Of a stretch of 64,000 nt of DNA, positions 1-10,320 are shown one piece after another (the stretch's first letter is position 1; every line of letters begins with the position of its first letter). Both the position numbers and the translations under genes were made by a program. The DNA comes from Candidatus Latescibacterota bacterium (GTDB lineage Bacteria; Latescibacterota; UBA2968; UBA8231), in the NCBI GenBank assembly GCA_965204725.1, contig OZ242005.1, positions 3,936,001 through 4,000,000 on the forward strand. Direction: 5' to 3'. A model generated the notes under the pieces. That model worked only from the letters and a program-made list of their open reading frames with translations, searched no databases and had not been told where the DNA came from.

Positions 1-1
1 G

Positions 2-1396
2 GTCGTCAAATTCTTGGCGCTTGATCGAAAAGGTATCTACGTCGGGCGGATATACGCGGAAAAGCGTTACCGTGCCAAAGTTGTCGCGGTTGAGCACGGT
101 GATGGCTTCGTGTCCTTCGAGGTGCTCGCGCAAGAGCTGGGTCATCTCGACGATGTGCCCGAGGGCGACGCGCAGCCCTTGCTTGCCTAAGAAGCGAAAG
201 TTGGCCAGCGCGGCCAGCGGGCCGGTTCCGGCTCTGGACGTTTCGAGGGTGTACATGCCGGGGCGATGGTCGCCAAAGTGATAGAGGTACGGCATTTGTC
301 GCTGGTCGCGCATTAGGAGCTGCAAATCGGCCCGCTCTTTGACGAGGACGAGGCTGGAGATGTACGGGGCAAAGCCGGTCTTGTGGAAGTCGATGCCCAT
401 GGAGTCGGCCAACGCCAGATGGCGGATGCGCCGGCACACTCCGGCGAGGGCGCGGAGGGTCCGCGGTCGAAACGCTAGGGGGTTGGCCTGAAAGTCGTAG
501 TCGTTGAAAACCGACCACGCCCAGCCGATGACCGCGTCGGCGTGGATGTGGGGGCGATAGGAGAGCTGGAACTCGTCCACTAGCGAGTCGCGCAAGGCCG
601 CAATCGCCGGCAGGTCGTCCAACCCGAACGCATCCGTAGTCCCCATGGTCGCAATAATGGCGGCGATCTTTTTCCCGCTATCTAAGGCCGTCCGTGCCGC
701 ATCCGCTAGCTGGGCGAGGTCAATTTCGTTCTCAGCGATCGTCGGAATGGTGATTAGCTGATCGGTGCCAATGCCGAGCCACCCGACGATGTTGTGGGCG
801 CAGTAGTGCCCGGCGTCGGAAACGAGTACTACTAAGTCGTCGGATACGCCCGTTTGCATGGCCTGTGGACAGGCTTTTTCCAAGCCGATTTTTACTCCAT
901 AGAGCGTGGTAGCGGTCCCGCCAAAGGTGAATGTGCCGCTGGCTTGTTGGGGGTCGTAGCCCACCAACCGCGCGGTCATGCTGACCGCTTCGACTTCGGC
1001 TAAGGCGACGAGGCGGCTGTATTCGTCCCAAGCGATGTTGGGGTTGTGCAGCGAGGCGAGCAGGACGCCGATGAGGCTGGGAATGGTCGGGGGCGGGATG
1101 ACGTTTTGTTGGGTCTGGGGATGGCTGGAGATGGTTATGCCGCGCAGATAGCCCACCAACTCTGCGGTGACCGCCTCGACCGAAGACATCTCAGCGGGAA
1201 GCTCGGCCTTTTGCGCCTCGGCAAAGTCGCCGGGGATGACCGGGCCGAGCGTGGGCAACTGGGTTTTCAGCGCATCGACTTGGTCTAGGGCGCGCATGAT
1301 GGAATGCACGAAATACGAATCGTGGATGGGGTCGGATACCGGCTGGGGGAAGGCACGGCGGATGTGTTCTAGCGCGTCGCGGTATGATGGGGTCAT
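2..1396 (-). CDS. PLP-dependent group II decarboxylase, running off the left edge
   Basis: Hand-translated because it is absent from the ORF track (no stop in window). ATG at 1396 after GAGG; MTPSYRDALEH...; motifs TFTFGGT, ATMGTTDAFGLDD, HIHADAVIG, DSMGIDFHK (PLP lysine). Confidence 0.85.
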   Translation of the reverse strand, partial: MTPSYRDALEHIRRAFPQPVSDPIHDSYFVHSIMRALDQVDALKTQLPTLGPVIPGDFAEAQKAELPAEMSSVEAVTAELVGYLRGITISSHPQTQQNVIPPPTIPSLIGVLLASLHNPNIAWDEYSRLVALAEVEAVSMTARLVGYDPQQASGTFTFGGTATTLYGVKIGLEKACPQAMQTGVSDDLVVLVSDAGHYCAHNIVGWLGIGTDQLITIPTIAENEIDLAQLADAARTALDSGKKIAAIIATMGTTDAFGLDDLPAIAALRDSLVDEFQLSYRPHIHADAVIGWAWSVFNDYDFQANPLAFRPRTLRALAGVCRRIRHLALADSMGIDFHKTGFAPYISSLVLVKERADLQLLMRDQRQMPYLYHFGDHRPGMYTLETSRAGTGPLAALANFRFLGKQGLRVALGHIVEMTQLLREHLEGHEAITVLNRDNFGTVTLFRVYPPDVDTFSIKRQEFDD

Positions 1397-1421
1397 TGGC
1401 TGCTCACCTCTGGTCAAAATG

Positions 1422-1461
1422 CAAAAGGCCGAGTGCCAAAAGAGAGGCACTCGACCTTTTG
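1422..1461. terminator. Probable intrinsic terminator of the TonB receptor gene
   Basis: Hairpin CAAAAGGCCGAGTGCC...GGCACTCGACCTTTTG with A/T tracts on both sides, just downstream of the stop at 1494. Confidence 0.7.
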
Positions 1462-1493
1462 AGTGAAACGTCTAGGGTGACTGCTCGGCGTCC

Positions 1494-4073
1494 TTAGAAA
1501 CCGTAGCGGAGTTTCCCGTACCAGAATGCGCCGCTGTACCCAAAGGGGCTAAACTGGCTGTACTTATTGCCCACTCCTCTGGGAGCGTTCGGATTTTCAT
1601 CCGAATAGGTATTGAGGGCATTCTGCCCGCCGACACTGACCATTAACCCGTTGCCAAGCCCATAGCTCGCCTCTAGGTCAAGCAGATGACCGTCGCTCCG
1701 GTACGTCGCCGTATCATCGCCATCAAACCAAGAAGAGTAATAATGCCAGCGCCCGAGGAGATTCAACTCGGGAGAGACGGCTTGTGTCAGAGTTAGACTG
1801 GCGCGGTAAGTGGGCAGACTTTGCTCCAATTCCATGATGCGGCCTTGACTAAGGGTTTCGGGGTTGTAGTCCGTAACCTCGGTTTCCGTGAAGTTGTTGG
1901 CGAAGATCAGATCCCCATTGCCCGCCGGAACCGTGAGGACGATGTCCAGACCTTTCGTTGTCGTCTCGAAATCATTGGTGAAGTAGCGGAAGTTCGTCAA
2001 GTTACGAACGTAAGGCACTTCTCCGTTCTCAAGTTGCGTGATCTGCTCCTCCGTCAGGTTTTCCGTAAGATTGAAGTCCTCAGAGAGGGCGAGGCGATCT
2101 TTCAACAGGATCTGGAAGAAGTCAATGGTTAAGTTCCCGCCCGACAGGTCGGCGACAATGCCCGCCGTAAAGTTGGTTGACTTTTCGGCGTCGAGCGGCT
2201 TGCCGCCCACCAATTCGGCGACCGGGTTGGTCGAAGGAATGGTGCCGTTGTTTACCAAGTCGTTCAGGACCAGATCGAACTGCGTCGATACGTTGAAGGC
2301 ATTTTGCTGCCCGGGCGTGGGAGCCCTAAAGCCGGTGCTATAACCGCCGCGCAGTTTCAGGTCGTCGCTGAGGCCGTAATTGGTCGCCAGCTTGTAATTG
2401 GTGGTGGTGCCGAAATCGTCGAAGTTTTCGTAGCGCACCGCACCAACTAGCAACCAGTTTTCAAGTGCATTGAGCTCGGCCTCGACATAGAAAGCAGAAT
2501 TGGAGCGACTCCAAGTGCCGGCAGCAATATCGGGGAACCCAGGAAAACCATTAGATCCCGAGCTAAATCCCTGCCTAGCTAGCGGACCGATTTGCCAAGA
2601 CGCTTCGTCGCCAGCCACGATTTCAAACTCTTCGGTGCGATACTCAGCACCGGCAGCGAGGAACAACTGCTCGTTGACCGGGAAGGTAAGGTCGAGGTTC
2701 AAGTTGGTGTCCAACTGGATGTAGTCGCCCGGATTGAACGACGTCGGCGAATCAGGCCCCAACGAGGCGTTTACCGTATTGAAAATGAAGAAGTCGGCGT
2801 GATGGCGGCCGTTGGAGGCACTGAGATCCCAAGTGATCGTCGGGTCGGCAATCGTTCCCTTAATGCCCAACAGAATCGAGCGATCGACCGTGTCGGCACC
2901 AAAGCGGGGCGTGAACCCACCCGGCCGACCCGGCCATCTGCCGCCTTGGCTCTCTTGGAAGGTGAAACAGTTGTTGTCGTTAAGAACCGAGTTCAAAGCC
3001 TCGGAGTCTGGCACGTTGTCAGTTATGGTCACCGTGGGGCACTCCCCGCCGGAACCCACACCGTCCAGATCGCCAATGAGCAAGGTCGCGCCGCCGTCCC
3101 CACTGAATACGGAACCCCGCGTGTTTGGATTGCGGAAGTAGAACCCGCCTTCCACTTCTTTGCTGGCATAGTTGGCGTGGCCGTAGAGCTTAATGGCGTC
3201 GGTCAGGCCCGCGCCGTAGTTGGCGAAGAACTTGACGTCGTTTCTGACGAAGGGTTGACCCCATCGCTGAGCCGGGTCGGCCACATTGGTATTGCCCGCT
3301 GCGATCAGGTCAATGGCGTCTTGACGCTGGTAGGAGCGGACGGTCTCATCGGCGTTGCCGTACTCCATGCTGAGGTTGGCCCAGCCCCGCTCGCTGCCCA
3401 AGCCGATATTGCCGGCGGCACTGTAGGTAAACCCGTCGCCTTCTTGGAAAATGCCGGGCTTAAACTCGATAGACCCGCCTTGATAACTGTCTTTTAGCTG
3501 GAAGTTCATCACCCCGGCAATGGCGTCGGAGCCGTACTGAGCCGAGGCCCCGTCGCGCAGCACTTCCACCCGCTTGAGCGCAATGGCTGGGATCGGGGAA
3601 ATGTCCGGCCCCTGTGCGCCATCGGCGACTCCGTTGCCGAGCCAAGTGATTACCGCAGAGCGGTGGCGGCGCTTGCCATTGACCAAGACCAGCGTGTGGT
3701 CGGGCGCGAGGTTGCGCAGACTGGCTGGCCGGACGACAGTGGCCGCGTCGCTGATGGGCTGGGTGTTGACGTTGAAGGAGGGCGCGATATTGCGCAGGAG
3801 ATCGGGCAGGTCTGTGCCGCCTTGGTTGACGAAATCTTCGCCGCGGACTACGTCGACCGGCACGGCCGAGTTCGTCACCGAGCGCGGTTGCCGCGCCCCG
3901 GTCACGACCTGCTCTTCAAGTTCTACGACCCCTTCGAGCATTTCCGCGTTGGCCGCGGCCATCTCTTCTGCTGCCGTCTCTTCTTCCTCCATGGCACCTT
4001 GGGCCATGGCCTCAGACGCCCAACTCACAGAGAGCAGGGCCGCAAGGCCAAAGGCAGATAGGAGCTTTTTCAT
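1494..4073 (-). CDS. TonB-dependent outer-membrane receptor
   Basis: Signal peptide, EQVVTGAR TonB-box region, plug motif RVEVLRDGASAQYGSDAIAGVMNF, C-terminal Phe. Confidence 0.93.
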   Translation of the reverse strand: MKKLLSAFGLAALLSVSWASEAMAQGAMEEEETAAEEMAAANAEMLEGVVELEEQVVTGARQPRSVTNSAVPVDVVRGEDFVNQGGTDLPDLLRNIAPSFNVNTQPISDAATVVRPASLRNLAPDHTLVLVNGKRRHRSAVITWLGNGVADGAQGPDISPIPAIALKRVEVLRDGASAQYGSDAIAGVMNFQLKDSYQGGSIEFKPGIFQEGDGFTYSAAGNIGLGSERGWANLSMEYGNADETVRSYQRQDAIDLIAAGNTNVADPAQRWGQPFVRNDVKFFANYGAGLTDAIKLYGHANYASKEVEGGFYFRNPNTRGSVFSGDGGATLLIGDLDGVGSGGECPTVTITDNVPDSEALNSVLNDNNCFTFQESQGGRWPGRPGGFTPRFGADTVDRSILLGIKGTIADPTITWDLSASNGRHHADFFIFNTVNASLGPDSPTSFNPGDYIQLDTNLNLDLTFPVNEQLFLAAGAEYRTEEFEIVAGDEASWQIGPLARQGFSSGSNGFPGFPDIAAGTWSRSNSAFYVEAELNALENWLLVGAVRYENFDDFGTTTNYKLATNYGLSDDLKLRGGYSTGFRAPTPGQQNAFNVSTQFDLVLNDLVNNGTIPSTNPVAELVGGKPLDAEKSTNFTAGIVADLSGGNLTIDFFQILLKDRLALSEDFNLTENLTEEQITQLENGEVPYVRNLTNFRYFTNDFETTTKGLDIVLTVPAGNGDLIFANNFTETEVTDYNPETLSQGRIMELEQSLPTYRASLTLTQAVSPELNLLGRWHYYSSWFDGDDTATYRSDGHLLDLEASYGLGNGLMVSVGGQNALNTYSDENPNAPRGVGNKYSQFSPFGYSGAFWYGKLRYGF

Positions 4074-4206
4074 CGGATCTTTCTCCTTCTTAGGGAAAAA
4101 TGGGTTATATATTATTTAACTTATAAGCCAATGAAAGCATATAAGGTATAAATGAATTACTTTTTGGTCAATCATTCATTATTTAAGGGATCGAAGGACA
4201 AAAGCC

Positions 4207-5129
4207 ATGCTGGGCAAATTTTTTGATAAAGTAAAGCAGGGGTTAGCGCGGACGCGGCAGGCGATGACCGAGGTGATCACGGGCAACCCTCGCTTGGACG
4301 ACGATGCGATTGACGATATAGAGGCCGCGCTGATCGGTGCTGATATGGGGCTGGAGACCGCGACCGAACTCGTCGATCCGCTACGCGAGCGGCTCAGGCG
4401 CGGGCAGATAGCAGGCGGGCCGGCCGAAGTGATACAGGTGTTGGAGGAGCAAGTCGCCGCGATGATGACCTCGGCAACGGCTCGGCCTTACCCCTAGCCG
4501 GCGAGTTGCCGGGCCAGCCGTTTGTCGTGCTGATCGTCGGCGTCAATGGCACCGGCAAGACGACGACGGCCGGCAAGCTGGCCAAGCGTTATGCCGATGC
4601 GGGTAAGAAGGTGGTACTCGCTGCCGGCGACACGTTCCGGGCCGCAGCCATTCCACAGCTCGCCATCTGGGCGGAACGCGCCGGGGCCGACCTGATACGG
4701 GCGCAGCGCGGAGCCGACCCGGCGGCTGTGGCCTTCGACGCGCTCGCTGCGGCCAAGTCGCGCCGGGCCGACGTGCTGTTGGTCGATACGGCCGGCCGCT
4801 TGCACAACAAGGTCAACTTGATGGAGGAACTCAAAAAAATCCGCCGCTCGCTGGCCAAGCAAGACCCAGCAGCCCCGCACGAAACCCTGCTGGTACTCGA
4901 CGGGACCAGCGGCCAAAATGCCCTGTCGCAGGCTTCCGCATTCAATCGAGCCACCGAGCTGACCGGGCTCGTGCTGACCAAGCTAGACGGGACGGCTAAA
5001 GGCGGGATCGTCGTCGCGCTGCGGCGTCAGATGAACCTGCCGGTGAAGCTGATTGGGGTGGGCGAAGGAGTGGACGATTTGCAGCCGTTTGACGGGGCGG
5101 CATTTGCCCGCGCCCTGTTCGCCGAGTGA
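4207..5129 (+). CDS. ftsY: SRP receptor FtsY, split by a 1-nt frameshift near 4486-4494
   Basis: N domain (LIGADMG) lies in 4207-4497 and the G domain ([32 protein letters not shown]) in 4506-5129; one extra base joins them. Confidence 0.9.
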
Positions 5130-5133
5130 GGGG

Positions 5134-6246
5134 TTACAGCGCGGCCAGCGCGTCTTCTAGCTCCCCCCTTACCTCCGCATCTTCTTCTACTCTCAGTCGC
5201 CGTTCTAACGCCCCTTTTGCCTCATCGCCCCCGAGTTGGCCCAGTGCCCAAGCCACGTGGCCGCGCACGAGCGGCTCGTTATCGTCGAGAGCTCTGACCA
5301 AGGCTGGCACGGCGGCCTGTTCGCCCGAATTGCCCAAGGCCACGGCGACATTGCGCAAAAAACCGCGGCGTTTGGGGCGCTTGACCGGGCTGCGGCGAAA
5401 CAGGGCGTTGAAGGCTTCGCGGTCGAGTTGGATCAGGTCGATGAGCGCCGGGCTGCTGAGGCCGGCTCGGCTTTTGTACGCCGACTCTGGTGCCGGCTCG
5501 GCCTTGCGGTTCCAAGGGCACACCTCTTGACATACGTCGCAGCCAAAGATCCACTGGCCCATGCCTTGGCGCAGGTCGCGGGGAATCGGCCCCTTGAGTT
5601 CGATGTTGAGATAGGAGATACAGCGCCGGGCGTCGAGCACGTAAGGTTCGGGGAAGGCGTCGGTGGGGCAAGCGTCCAAGCAGCGCGTGCAGGTGCCACA
5701 GTGGTCTGGGGCGGGTTCGTCGTAGTCGAGTTTGAGTTCGGTGATGATTTCGGCCAAGAAGAAGTAGGAGCCGCGGTGCTTGTCGATCAGGCAGGTGTTC
5801 TTACCCCACCAACCCAAGCCCGCCCGCTGGGCGAGTTCGCGCTCTAGGACGGGGGCCGTATCTACAAAATAGCGGCCTTTCGTCTGCACTCCAGCCTCGG
5901 CTAGCACGAATTCCCACAGGGCCGCCAAGCGTTTTTTGACGAGGTCGTGGTAGTCGTCGCCGCGGGCGTAACAAGCGATCCGGCCGCGCAGGGGGTCGGG
6001 TGCCGCAGGCGTGGGCTGGTAGTAATCTATGCCGAGGCAGATGGCGGTCTGGGCACCGGGGACCATCCGGCGCGGGTCCGTGCGTTTGTCGAGGTAGCGT
6101 TTTAGGTAGTCCATCTGGCCGGCATAGCCCAAGGCCACCCAGCGGGCGTAAAACTCGGCCCCCTTTAAGGGGTCGGCCGGGGCGAAACCGACCGAGGTAA
6201 AGCCCAAGGCGCGGGCCTTATGGCGAATTCGTTCGGTCAGCGACAT
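5134..6246 (-). CDS. queG: Epoxyqueuosine reductase
   Basis: YARGDDYH, FVDTAPVLER, CGTCTRCLDACPT, DARRCISY, FGCDVCQEVCPWN, HEAT-like tail. Confidence 0.95.
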   Translation of the reverse strand: MSLTERIRHKARALGFTSVGFAPADPLKGAEFYARWVALGYAGQMDYLKRYLDKRTDPRRMVPGAQTAICLGIDYYQPTPAAPDPLRGRIACYARGDDYHDLVKKRLAALWEFVLAEAGVQTKGRYFVDTAPVLERELAQRAGLGWWGKNTCLIDKHRGSYFFLAEIITELKLDYDEPAPDHCGTCTRCLDACPTDAFPEPYVLDARRCISYLNIELKGPIPRDLRQGMGQWIFGCDVCQEVCPWNRKAEPAPESAYKSRAGLSSPALIDLIQLDREAFNALFRRSPVKRPKRRGFLRNVAVALGNSGEQAAVPALVRALDDNEPLVRGHVAWALGQLGGDEAKGALERRLRVEEDAEVRGELEDALAAL

Positions 6247-6267
6247 GCCGGGCCGCGCAAGTAGCGA

Positions 6268-7578
6268 CTAGAACATCTCCGCGATGTGGCGGAAGACCAT
6301 CTGATTGAGGTCGTTGAACGTGACCAGCACCATGATCAACAGCATGATAGCCAAGCCGATCTGCTGAAAGACTTCGCGCTGGCGCAACGAGAGCGGTCGC
6401 CGCATGACGGCCTCTAGCGTGAGGAAGGTCAGGTGGCCGCCGTCAAGCACGGGGATGGGCAGGAGGTTGATAATCGCCAAGTTGACACTGAGGATGGCGA
6501 GGAAGTGGACGAAGGAGTGCAAGCCCTGCTCGGCGGTCTGTCCGGCTAGCTGGGCAATGCGCAACGGGCCGCCCAGCTCGTCGGTCGAGCGTTCACCTTG
6601 GAAAAGTTCGCCCAAGAAGTCGAGGATCAGCCAAGAGGAATTGTACACGCCTAGCCCCCCTAGCACGACCGCTTGACCCAACCCGACGGTGTGGCGCGAG
6701 GAGTGAGGGCTGATGCCAATGCGGCCCACCAGCGCGTCGCCTTCGGCGTGGGCTGCGGGGGTGATTAGCTGCTCCATGCGCTGGCTGTCGCGTTCCCAAG
6801 CCAGCAGGGTTGCTTCGCCCGGGTAGCGGCGGATTTCTTCGCTCATCTCGGCCCAACTCACAACCGGAGCTTGGCCGACCGCGAGGATGATGTCCCCTGC
6901 GCGCAGGCCGAGGCTATCGGCCGGCATCCCAGGAACGACCTCTCCCACCGTGGTGGGGCGCATGAGCTGGACGCCGTAACCTTCGTCTCCCGCCGGCGGC
7001 AGGCTGAACGCCAAGAAGACGCCGTCGCGCTCAACTTCGAGATCACCGCCACGGCTGGCGATCTCGTCCAAGGCACGGGCCAACTCGTAGGCGTTGCCGA
7101 CGGGCGTACTCCCTACGGTGCGTACGCGATCGCCGTGTGCCAAACCGGCCTCAGCGGCGAGAGAATTCTCTTGGGGGGTGACGCGGGTGCTGTCGAAGGT
7201 GTCGATCCCATAAAAGCTGAAGAGGAAAACTAGGGCCGCGAAGGCGAAGAGGAAGTTCATCGCCGGGCCGGCCGCAATGACCGCCATGCGGATCCCCACC
7301 GACCTAGAGGGAAATTCCCAATGTGCGCCGGTGATTTTCTCGGTGCCTACATCGGCCATGCCGGCTACCTTGACGTACCCGCCAAACGGGACCCAAGAGA
7401 TACAGTACTCGGTTTCGCCGTGGGTGAAGCCGATCATTTTGGGAGGGTAGCCCAACGAGAAGCGCTCGACGCGAATGCCCGCCCATTTGGCGACCAAGAA
7501 GTGCCCTAGTTCGTGGACGAAAACCAAGACGCCTAAGGCAATGAGAAACGAGGCAATAGTAGTGAGGGTATCAAGCAT
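6268..7578 (-). CDS. rseP: RIP metalloprotease RseP
   Basis: HELGH, two PDZ regions, NLLPIPVLDGG. Confidence 0.95.
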   Translation of the reverse strand: MLDTLTTIASFLIALGVLVFVHELGHFLVAKWAGIRVERFSLGYPPKMIGFTHGETEYCISWVPFGGYVKVAGMADVGTEKITGAHWEFPSRSVGIRMAVIAAGPAMNFLFAFAALVFLFSFYGIDTFDSTRVTPQENSLAAEAGLAHGDRVRTVGSTPVGNAYELARALDEIASRGGDLEVERDGVFLAFSLPPAGDEGYGVQLMRPTTVGEVVPGMPADSLGLRAGDIILAVGQAPVVSWAEMSEEIRRYPGEATLLAWERDSQRMEQLITPAAHAEGDALVGRIGISPHSSRHTVGLGQAVVLGGLGVYNSSWLILDFLGELFQGERSTDELGGPLRIAQLAGQTAEQGLHSFVHFLAILSVNLAIINLLPIPVLDGGHLTFLTLEAVMRRPLSLRQREVFQQIGLAIMLLIMVLVTFNDLNQMVFRHIAEMF

Positions 7579-7591
7579 ACTCTAATCCACC

Positions 7592-8428
7592 TCAAGAAAA
7601 AACAGCCAGCACATCTACGTAGAGATACGCCAGCGGAAAGGCCAAAAAATAGGAATCAAAGCGGTCGAGTAGGCCGCCGTGGCCTGGGATTAGCATCGGT
7701 GCGTCCTTGACGCCCATGTCGCGCTTAAAGGCCGATTCCACCAAGTCGCCCACCTGCGCCCCGATGCCGGCGACGAGCAAAAGCCCCAGCAGCGACGCCG
7801 TAGAAAAGGAGGGCAGCAGAAAGCCCAAGGGCATGGGAAGGGTGCTGCCGACTACGCCGCCGATGCATCCAACCCTCGTCTTCTTAGGGCTGATCGCCGG
7901 TGCCAGCTTGGCCCGGCCCCAAAACCGACCGCTGAAGTACGCCCCGGAATCCGTGAGCCAGATGCAGAGAAAGAGCACGGCCACCAAGTGGCGAGCTTCC
8001 TCGCCCCCACCAGCCACTTGAAAAAGCAGCAACGGTACGCTGCCCAAGACTCCGAAGAAGAGCACCCCGCCCAGCGTCAGAAAGGCATTGGCCGCATAGT
8101 GCTCCGTGCCCCTGAACAAGGCCCACACCACAACCAGCAAGATGGCCGCCATCAGCACCGCCGCGAAGTCGTCGCCCGCGCCCCGTAGCCAGAAGTAGCT
8201 GCACAGCCCCAAGACCAACAAGCTACCCGGCAGGCGGATGGGCCGGTAGCCAGCCGCCGCTAGGATGTGGTGGTATTCCCATGAGCAGCGCACGGCCACG
8301 GCCAAGACCAAGAGGAAGAGTGCCCAGCTTGCCCCTTCGACTAGCAGTAGGATGGCCGGCACGAATACGGCCGCCGCGAAAACGCGCTTTCGCAGGCCGG
8401 AAGCTGCTGCCGTGGTGTCAGCCGCCAA
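7592..8428 (-). CDS. cdsA: Phosphatidate cytidylyltransferase
   Basis: DSGAYFSG, ISPKKT, GDLVESAFKR..GVKD, PGHGGLLDRFDS; probable TTG start at 8428 overlapping the uppS end. Confidence 0.9.
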   Translation of the reverse strand: MAADTTAAASGLRKRVFAAAVFVPAILLLVEGASWALFLLVLAVAVRCSWEYHHILAAAGYRPIRLPGSLLVLGLCSYFWLRGAGDDFAAVLMAAILLVVVWALFRGTEHYAANAFLTLGGVLFFGVLGSVPLLLFQVAGGGEEARHLVAVLFLCIWLTDSGAYFSGRFWGRAKLAPAISPKKTRVGCIGGVVGSTLPMPLGFLLPSFSTASLLGLLLVAGIGAQVGDLVESAFKRDMGVKDAPMLIPGHGGLLDRFDSYFLAFPLAYLYVDVLAVFS

Positions 8429-9224
8429 AGCGCCTCTGTCGCTGCTGATAAGCGGCAATGGCTTCGTAGAGGTGCTGGCGGCGGAAATCCGGCCAATGCA
8501 CATCGCCGACAAAACAGATTTCGGTATAGACCATTTGCCAAGGGAGGAAGTTGCTCAGCCGCATTTCGCCGCTGGTGCGGATTAACAAATCCGGGTCGGG
8601 CAAGTTCGCTGTATAGAGCGCACCGCTGATTTGTTCCTCGTCGATGTCGTCTAGGGCGAGCCGCCCGGCCACTACGTCGGACGCCAGCTTGCGGAAGGCG
8701 TCAACTAGCTCGCTGCGGCCCCCGTAGTTGAGTGCCAAGTTGAGCTTGAGGCCGGTGTTGTGTTTGGTCTGAGCGAGGGCGTGCTCTAGGGCCAGTTGGA
8801 TGGTCGGCGACAGCGCATCGGTGCGACCTATGGCGTTGAGAGACACGTTGTTTTCGTGGAGTTCCGACACTTCGTCGCGCAGGGACTCGTGCAGCCACTG
8901 CATCAGCTCTTCTACTTCTGCTTCGGGCCGGGACCAGTTCTCAGTCGAGAAGGTGTACAGGGTTAGAGCCTCAATTTGCAACTGGCCGCAGGCGCGGACA
9001 ATGTCGCGCACAGACTCGCGGCCAAAGCGATGCCCTTCGGTCTTGGGCAAATTGCGCTCGACCGCCCAGCGCCGATCGCCGTCCATGATAATGGCAATGT
9101 GTTGAGGCAAGTTCCCATCGTCCTTGAGGCACTGCTGGATGCGGAAGTCCTCTTCGGGGTTGAGGGGTTTTACTGGGTGGTATTCGCGGGGAGAAATTTT
9201 CAGCGGCAGAGCCTGAGCACTCAT
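8418..9224 (-). CDS. uppS: Undecaprenyl diphosphate synthase
   Basis: HIAIIMDG, FSTENWSR, DLLIRTSGEMRLSNF; uppS-cdsA-rseP synteny. Confidence 0.95.
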   Translation of the reverse strand: MSAQALPLKISPREYHPVKPLNPEEDFRIQQCLKDDGNLPQHIAIIMDGDRRWAVERNLPKTEGHRFGRESVRDIVRACGQLQIEALTLYTFSTENWSRPEAEVEELMQWLHESLRDEVSELHENNVSLNAIGRTDALSPTIQLALEHALAQTKHNTGLKLNLALNYGGRSELVDAFRKLASDVVAGRLALDDIDEEQISGALYTANLPDPDLLIRTSGEMRLSNFLPWQMVYTEICFVGDVHWPDFRRQHLYEAIAAYQQRQRRFGG

Positions 9225-9403
9225 AGTAAGCGTAATAAACGCAATAAAGATGATAAGGATGATTCGGTGGGTTTCTGGGGCGGCGATCCGCAGCCACTGT
9301 CATAAATTCGGGCGCGTCCCGCCTTGAGAAAGCGAAGGTTGCGCCCTGCTTGATTAGTTTAGGGGAAAGGCTCATATTCGTCAAGCAATCCTAGGGGCCA
9401 ATT

Positions 9404-10009
9404 ATGCTGCTTGTGAAGAAGGAGGCGACGTGCGCCCACAAAGAACGGCTCAGGAAGCGCGTCTTAGCTGTGCATAAGGGTTTGGACCGCGGTCGAGTGG
9501 AGGTCGGCGGGCAGGCTATCCTAGAGAAGGTCTTGGGGCTGGAGGCGTACCGCCGAGCCAAGCTCGTCCACACCTATGTCTCCAGCAAGGAAAACGAGGT
9601 CGATACCCGTGCGTTGATCGGCACTTGCCTAGCGCAAGGCAAGCGCGTGGCCGTGCCGGTGGTGATGCCGAGCGCGAAGACGATGGGCCACGCGCTAATC
9701 GACGGCCTAGATCAGCTCGTCGTCGGCCCTTGGGGGCTGGCGCAGCCCGATCCGACCGCGGCCCGTTGGCTGCCGGCAAAAGCTCGGATCGATTTGGTCG
9801 TAGTACCGGGCCTTGCCTTTGACCGGCGCGGGCAGCGCATCGGCCGGGGCGGCGGGTACTACGACCGCTTTCTAGCGCAAGTGCAAACCGTCAAAATAGG
9901 GCTGTGCTACGACGAGCTAGTCCTAGACTGCATTCCCGGCGAGCCGCACGATGTGCCCGTGGACATGGTCGTCGCCGAAACCGCCATTTATCAAGAGGAA
10001 ATCGCATGA
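9404..10009 (+). CDS. 5-formyltetrahydrofolate cyclo-ligase
   Basis: IDLVVVPGLAFD...RIGRGGGYYDRFL and EPHDVPVD motifs. Confidence 0.92.
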   Translation: MLLVKKEATCAHKERLRKRVLAVHKGLDRGRVEVGGQAILEKVLGLEAYRRAKLVHTYVSSKENEVDTRALIGTCLAQGKRVAVPVVMPSAKTMGHALIDGLDQLVVGPWGLAQPDPTAARWLPAKARIDLVVVPGLAFDRRGQRIGRGGGYYDRFLAQVQTVKIGLCYDELVLDCIPGEPHDVPVDMVVAETAIYQEEIA

Positions 10010-10320
10010 TCTACGAATTGCGCATCTACCGCTTCCACAAGGGAGCCGACAACAAGAAGAAGTTCCTCGCTGGCTTTACCAAGGCGCGCCGCTTTATGGC
10101 CAAGTACGGTGTGACCTTTGTCGCCGCATGGGAAAATCCCGACCGCGACGACGAGTTTATATGGATTCGCGCCTTCCCCAACGCCAAGGCCCGCGCCAAG
10201 GCCATCGACGAGTATTACGCCAGCCCGGAATGGGCCAAAATCGTCGATCATATCCGGCCGCTGATCCGCCGCCGGGAGGTGCGAGTGATGAAAGCGTTGC
10301 CCTATTCGACCCTAAAATAA
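10006..10320 (+). CDS. NIPSNAP-family protein
   Basis: MIYELRIY start overlapping the previous stop (ATGA) after GAGG; YYASPEW. Confidence 0.75.
   Translation: MIYELRIYRFHKGADNKKKFLAGFTKARRFMAKYGVTFVAAWENPDRDDEFIWIRAFPNAKARAKAIDEYYASPEWAKIVDHIRPLIRRREVRVMKALPYSTLK

Noticed and set aside
9225-9403. 6S RNA upstream of the 5-formyl-THF cyclo-ligase gene
   Set aside because: The synteny is suggestive, but no long rod-like self-complementarity is visible and the space must hold divergent promoters.
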